The notes below the pieces were generated by a model. The model was given only the letters and a program-made list of their open reading frames with translations, did not search any database and was not told the DNA's origin. The position numbers and the translations under genes are program-made. Positions 60,708-64,000 of a DNA stretch of 64,000 nt are shown piece after piece. The stretch lies in contig CBDHHL010000032.1 in assembly GCA_965263355.1 (NCBI GenBank), positions 3,808,001 through 3,872,000 of the forward strand, read 5' to 3'. Source of the stretch: Leptolyngbyaceae cyanobacterium. Its GTDB lineage: Bacteria; Cyanobacteriota; Cyanobacteriia; Phormidesmidales; Phormidesmidaceae. Position 1 is the first letter of the stretch, and the number at the start of each line of letters is the position of its first letter.

Positions 60708-62417
60708 ATGAGCTACCGCATGGATCGCCGCGCCTATGCTGAAACCTATGGCCCCACTGTGGGAGATCGGGTGCGACTGGCAGATACTGCCTTAGTCATA
60801 GAAGTAGAGCAGGACTTTACCACCTATGGGGATGAGGTCAAATTTGGCGGTGGTAAGGTAATTCGTGACGGCATGGGACAATCCCCCATTTCACGGGCGG
60901 ATGGTGCGGTGGATATGGTGATTACCAACGCCCTGATTCTAGATTGGTGGGGGGTCGTCAAAGCAGATCTTGGCATTAAGGACGGTCGCATTGCCAAGAT
61001 CGGTAAGGCCGGTAACCCATATATTCAGGACAACGTAGACATCATCATTGGCCCTGCCACTGAAGCTGTGGCAGGCGAAGGGATGATTGTCACAGCTGGG
61101 GGAATTGACTCCCACATTCACTTTATTTGTCCACAGCAGATAGAGACAGCCATTGCTAGTGGTGTAACCACCATGATTGGTGGTGGCACTGGGCCAGCAA
61201 CAGGCACAAACGCCACCACCTGTACCCCCGGAGCCTGGAATATCTATCGCATGTTGCAGGCAGCGGATGCATTCCCTATGAATCTGGGTTTTCTCGGTAA
61301 AGGCAACAGTGCTCAGCCTCAGGGCCTAGTAGAGCAGGTACAGGCGGGGGCCATGGGGCTGAAACTGCATGAGGACTGGGGGACTACACCTGGGGCAATT
61401 GATACCTGTTTGGGAGTAGCCGATGACTTTGATGTACAGGTAGCCATCCACACCGACACCCTAAACGAAGCGGGGTTTGTTGAAAACACCATTGCCGCCT
61501 TTAAGAATCGTGTGATTCACACTTATCACACTGAAGGTGCAGGTGGTGGCCATGCACCAGATATTATCAAGGTCTGCGGTGAAGCTAACGTATTGCCTTC
61601 ATCCACCAATCCCACCCGTCCCTACACTCGCAATACCCTGGATGAGCATTTAGACATGCTGATGGTTTGTCATCATCTGAGTCCCAGCATTCCTGAGGAT
61701 GTGGCTTTTGCCGAGTCCCGTATTCGTCGTGAAACCATTGCTGCTGAGGATATCCTCCATGACCTTGGGGCCTTTAGTATGATTGCCTCCGACTCTCAAG
61801 CTATGGGTCGGGTCGGGGAAGTGGTCATCCGCACCTGGCAGACGGCCCACAAAATGAAGGTGCAGCGTGGTGCCCTGACTGAGGATTCTGACCGTAACGA
61901 TAACCATCGTGCAAAACGCTATGTGGCTAAATACACAATTAACCCTGCCATTACCCACGGCATTGCCCATGAGGTGGGATCTTTGGAAGAGGGTAAGCTG
62001 GCAGATATCTGTCTGTGGAAACCCGCATTTTTTGGCGTGAAGCCTGAGATTGTAATCAAGGGGGGAGCGATTGCCTGGGCGCAGATGGGTGACCCCAATG
62101 CCAGTATTCCAACACCGCAGCCCATTCATATGCGACCTATGTTTGGTAGTTATGGTGGAGCTATTGGTAGTACATCGCTTACCTTTGTTTCTAAGGCGGC
62201 AGTTGAGGCCGATATTGCCCACCAGATCGGTCTGCAGACAACTACTGTTGCTGTAAGCGGTTGTCGTAATCTGAGTAAGGCCGATATGAAGCTCAATGAC
62301 TACCAACCCACCATGGAGGTGGATTCTGAAACCTATGAAGTGCGAGCCGATGGACAATTACTCACCTGTGAACCTGCAGAAGAGTTACCCATGGCCCAGA
62401 GATATTTCTTGTTCTAG
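60708..62417 (+). CDS. ureC: Urease alpha subunit
   Basis: [29 protein letters not shown] and SDSQAMGR; ends AQRYFLF. Confidence 0.99.
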   Translation: MSYRMDRRAYAETYGPTVGDRVRLADTALVIEVEQDFTTYGDEVKFGGGKVIRDGMGQSPISRADGAVDMVITNALILDWWGVVKADLGIKDGRIAKIGKAGNPYIQDNVDIIIGPATEAVAGEGMIVTAGGIDSHIHFICPQQIETAIASGVTTMIGGGTGPATGTNATTCTPGAWNIYRMLQAADAFPMNLGFLGKGNSAQPQGLVEQVQAGAMGLKLHEDWGTTPGAIDTCLGVADDFDVQVAIHTDTLNEAGFVENTIAAFKNRVIHTYHTEGAGGGHAPDIIKVCGEANVLPSSTNPTRPYTRNTLDEHLDMLMVCHHLSPSIPEDVAFAESRIRRETIAAEDILHDLGAFSMIASDSQAMGRVGEVVIRTWQTAHKMKVQRGALTEDSDRNDNHRAKRYVAKYTINPAITHGIAHEVGSLEEGKLADICLWKPAFFGVKPEIVIKGGAIAWAQMGDPNASIPTPQPIHMRPMFGSYGGAIGSTSLTFVSKAAVEADIAHQIGLQTTTVAVSGCRNLSKADMKLNDYQPTMEVDSETYEVRADGQLLTCEPAEELPMAQRYFLF

Positions 62418-62579
62418 AACACAAAGGTACTTAAAGCAAAGGTCTTGGTTGCGCCATGGCCGAGATCATTACACTAAAGTGCAGACATCTAAATAACTCA
62501 GATGCAATGACTCAAATACACAAATTATTCCTTCATTAGTCAGTGCTTCTGAGTATCTGCTACGAAAATCCTTTAGGTT

Positions 62580-63056
62580 ATGACCGTCTTTCAACACACT
62601 AGTCTTATTGCTGCATCCCCCGAAGAGGTATGGCGTTTTCATGAACGTCCCGACGTTCTTAATTTGCTTACTCCGCCCTGGCAACCTGTCGAAGCTGTTC
62701 GTCGTGACGGGGGGCTAGGCCCTGGGGCCGTTAGTGAGTTTCGCCTATGGTTAGGCCCTATTCCCATCACCTGGCTTGCTCGCCATACTGATGAGTACGA
62801 ACCTAATCGTCTGTTTACCGATATCCAGGAAAGCGGCCCATTAGATGCTTGGACCCATCGTCATCGATTTGAGCCAGAGGGGGAACAGACCCGGTTGATT
62901 GACGATATTACATTTACGTTACCGATAGAGTGGGCCAGTGAACCGATAATTGGTTGGTTTGTCCTGCAGCGTCTGAGGGATATGTTTGAGTATCGACATC
63001 AGGTGACGCGGGAAGCTTGTGAGCAATTATTCTCAAAATCCCTTCCCTCTCCTTAA
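62580..63056 (+). CDS. SRPBCC family protein
   Basis: VWRFHE...LTPPW...FTD.Q..GP...W.HRHRF...MFEYRH. Confidence 0.85.
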   Translation: MTVFQHTSLIAASPEEVWRFHERPDVLNLLTPPWQPVEAVRRDGGLGPGAVSEFRLWLGPIPITWLARHTDEYEPNRLFTDIQESGPLDAWTHRHRFEPEGEQTRLIDDITFTLPIEWASEPIIGWFVLQRLRDMFEYRHQVTREACEQLFSKSLPSP

Positions 63057-63079
63057 GGAGAGGGATTTAGGGTGAGGGG
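63044..63079. repeat. 22-bp palindrome / small dispersed repeat
   Basis: TCCCTCTCCTT|AAGGAGAGGGA followed by TTTAGGGTGAGGG; supplies the SRPBCC stop codon. Confidence 0.75.
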
Positions 63080-63081
63080 AC

Positions 63082-63543
63082 CTATGCGATATCTGTTGGT
63101 AGGTTATCTTTTTGGTTTAACTGTTGCAACTGTGTCCGCATTACCTGCTCCAGCATGGTTCTTGGCACCTCAACGCCCTGGCCTTTGCCCTTTTCCTGCA
63201 TGAAAATAATACTGTCCACCTGCTTGAGTGATAGAAGCTGAAACAGTAAGTGGGTACTTGGATGAGGTAAAGCCATCATCTGAGGATTATCGGCTGCGCT
63301 AGCTGCTGCTGATTCTAACGATGGGTATGCATAAATAACCGTCTTAGTTGCGTTTGGATCTTGCCGACCGCGAAGGGTGGTCATCACCCATCCCTGGCCT
63401 AGCGACTGGATGACATAGTACAGCTGCTTTGGCAGTTGGCCCGCAATTTCCTTTAGTAAGGGCGCAACTAATAAGATAGCTTCGCCCGTTATCTGATCCG
63501 GAGCTTCATCAATCAAAGTTTGAATTTGTTTTTCGATATCCAT
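63082..63543 (-). CDS. Hypothetical protein
   Basis: 153-aa ORF with QIQ.LID.AP, GWVMTTL and VIYAY; divergent from the hetZ-like gene. Confidence 0.72.
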   Translation of the reverse strand: MDIEKQIQTLIDEAPDQITGEAILLVAPLLKEIAGQLPKQLYYVIQSLGQGWVMTTLRGRQDPNATKTVIYAYPSLESAAASAADNPQMMALPHPSTHLLFQLLSLKQVDSIIFMQEKGKGQGVEVPRTMLEQVMRTQLQQLNQKDNLPTDIA

Positions 63544-63645
63544 CCGATTTTTTTGATAGTTTCGTGAAAATTACTGACTTTTGTTAGAACGTGCGGAAAA
63601 CTGTCTATGCTCAGGTGAGGTAATGCCTGAGACGTGCTAGCTGTA

Positions 63646-64000
63646 ATGACCACGCTGCTAATGCTTGAGGAAACGTCTACAACACTTGTAGAAGCACTGA
63701 ATAAAGAAGTTTTGCTGCTGCTTAAGCAAGCGACCAAAACCTCTGAAAGAAGCTGCCAGGCCGTTGCTAATCGCATCTGTAGCGAATCGCTACGTATTTG
63801 TACAGAAAGCCAACGCATTCAAGACTCTGGAGATGTAAAAAGTTGGGCATTTAACCTCGCTCATCATCGGGTTGACCAGTGCATTCGCTATTACAAACTT
63901 AGCTCTGAACGGGGGCGAATCGAGCTGCATAGTACCCTCAGTGCCATTATTTATCGATATATTTCAGTTCCCTACGCTCAGACTAGTTATCAGGCACGTC
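63646..64000 (+). CDS. HetZ / HetZ-related protein (3' part outside the window; absent from the supplied ORF track)
   Basis: Own translation: MTTLLMLEE...RICTESQRIQDSG...CIRYYKLSSERGRIELHSTLSAIIYRYI...SYQAR, matching the HetZ-family N-terminus as I recall it. Confidence 0.82.
   Translation, partial: MTTLLMLEETSTTLVEALNKEVLLLLKQATKTSERSCQAVANRICSESLRICTESQRIQDSGDVKSWAFNLAHHRVDQCIRYYKLSSERGRIELHSTLSAIIYRYISVPYAQTSYQAR

Noticed and set aside
61650..62357. Long antisense or alternative-frame ORFs (this 235-aa ORF, and also 1682-2293, 7653-8111, 36129-36635 and others)
   Set aside because: They are shadows of well-supported genes on the other strand or frame and carry no motifs of their own.
63497..63502. 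DIF1 motif TCCGGA upstream of the hetZ-like gene
   Set aside because: It lies within codons of the divergent gene and has no suitable -10 element at the expected spacing.

Overview
Chromosomal segment of a cyanobacterium. Evidence: frequent HIP1 octamers GCGATCGC, a ferrochelatase with a C-terminal CAB/HLIP helix, a DUF4278 peptide and a HetZ-like gene. A filamentous Leptolyngbya-type organism is likely, but that is inference. Most of the window is housekeeping: hrcA (partial), rhomboid, hemH, a tyrosine recombinase, fabG, thioredoxin, folK, Nudix, oligopeptidase B, photolyase, pgm, bioD, an amidohydrolase and ureD-A-B-C interrupted by two extra genes. Accessory content includes an RTX/Ig secreted protein beside an OmpR-type two-component pair, a Phd-VapC toxin-antitoxin pair, an LRR kinase, a 5'-nucleotidase and a vWA/solute-binding trio. 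The most striking feature is a 13.3 kb, six-gene minus-strand cluster (36824-50130) of DUF11-type proteins, a giant outer-membrane barrel and an OmpA-domain protein. Its DUF11 domains look split into N-terminal 'donor' strands and C-terminal incomplete 'acceptor' domains, which suggests an isopeptide-crosslinked, strand-complemented pilus with tip, shaft, base and chaperone subunits. Also notable are a ~330 nt highly structured intergenic region (candidate ncRNA) beside CRP-like sites, an in-frame duplication starting at the centre of a HIP1 site, two probable pseudo-enzymes and several families of small dispersed palindromes. No rRNA, tRNA or CRISPR array was recognised. All calls come from reading motifs by eye; no searches were run.
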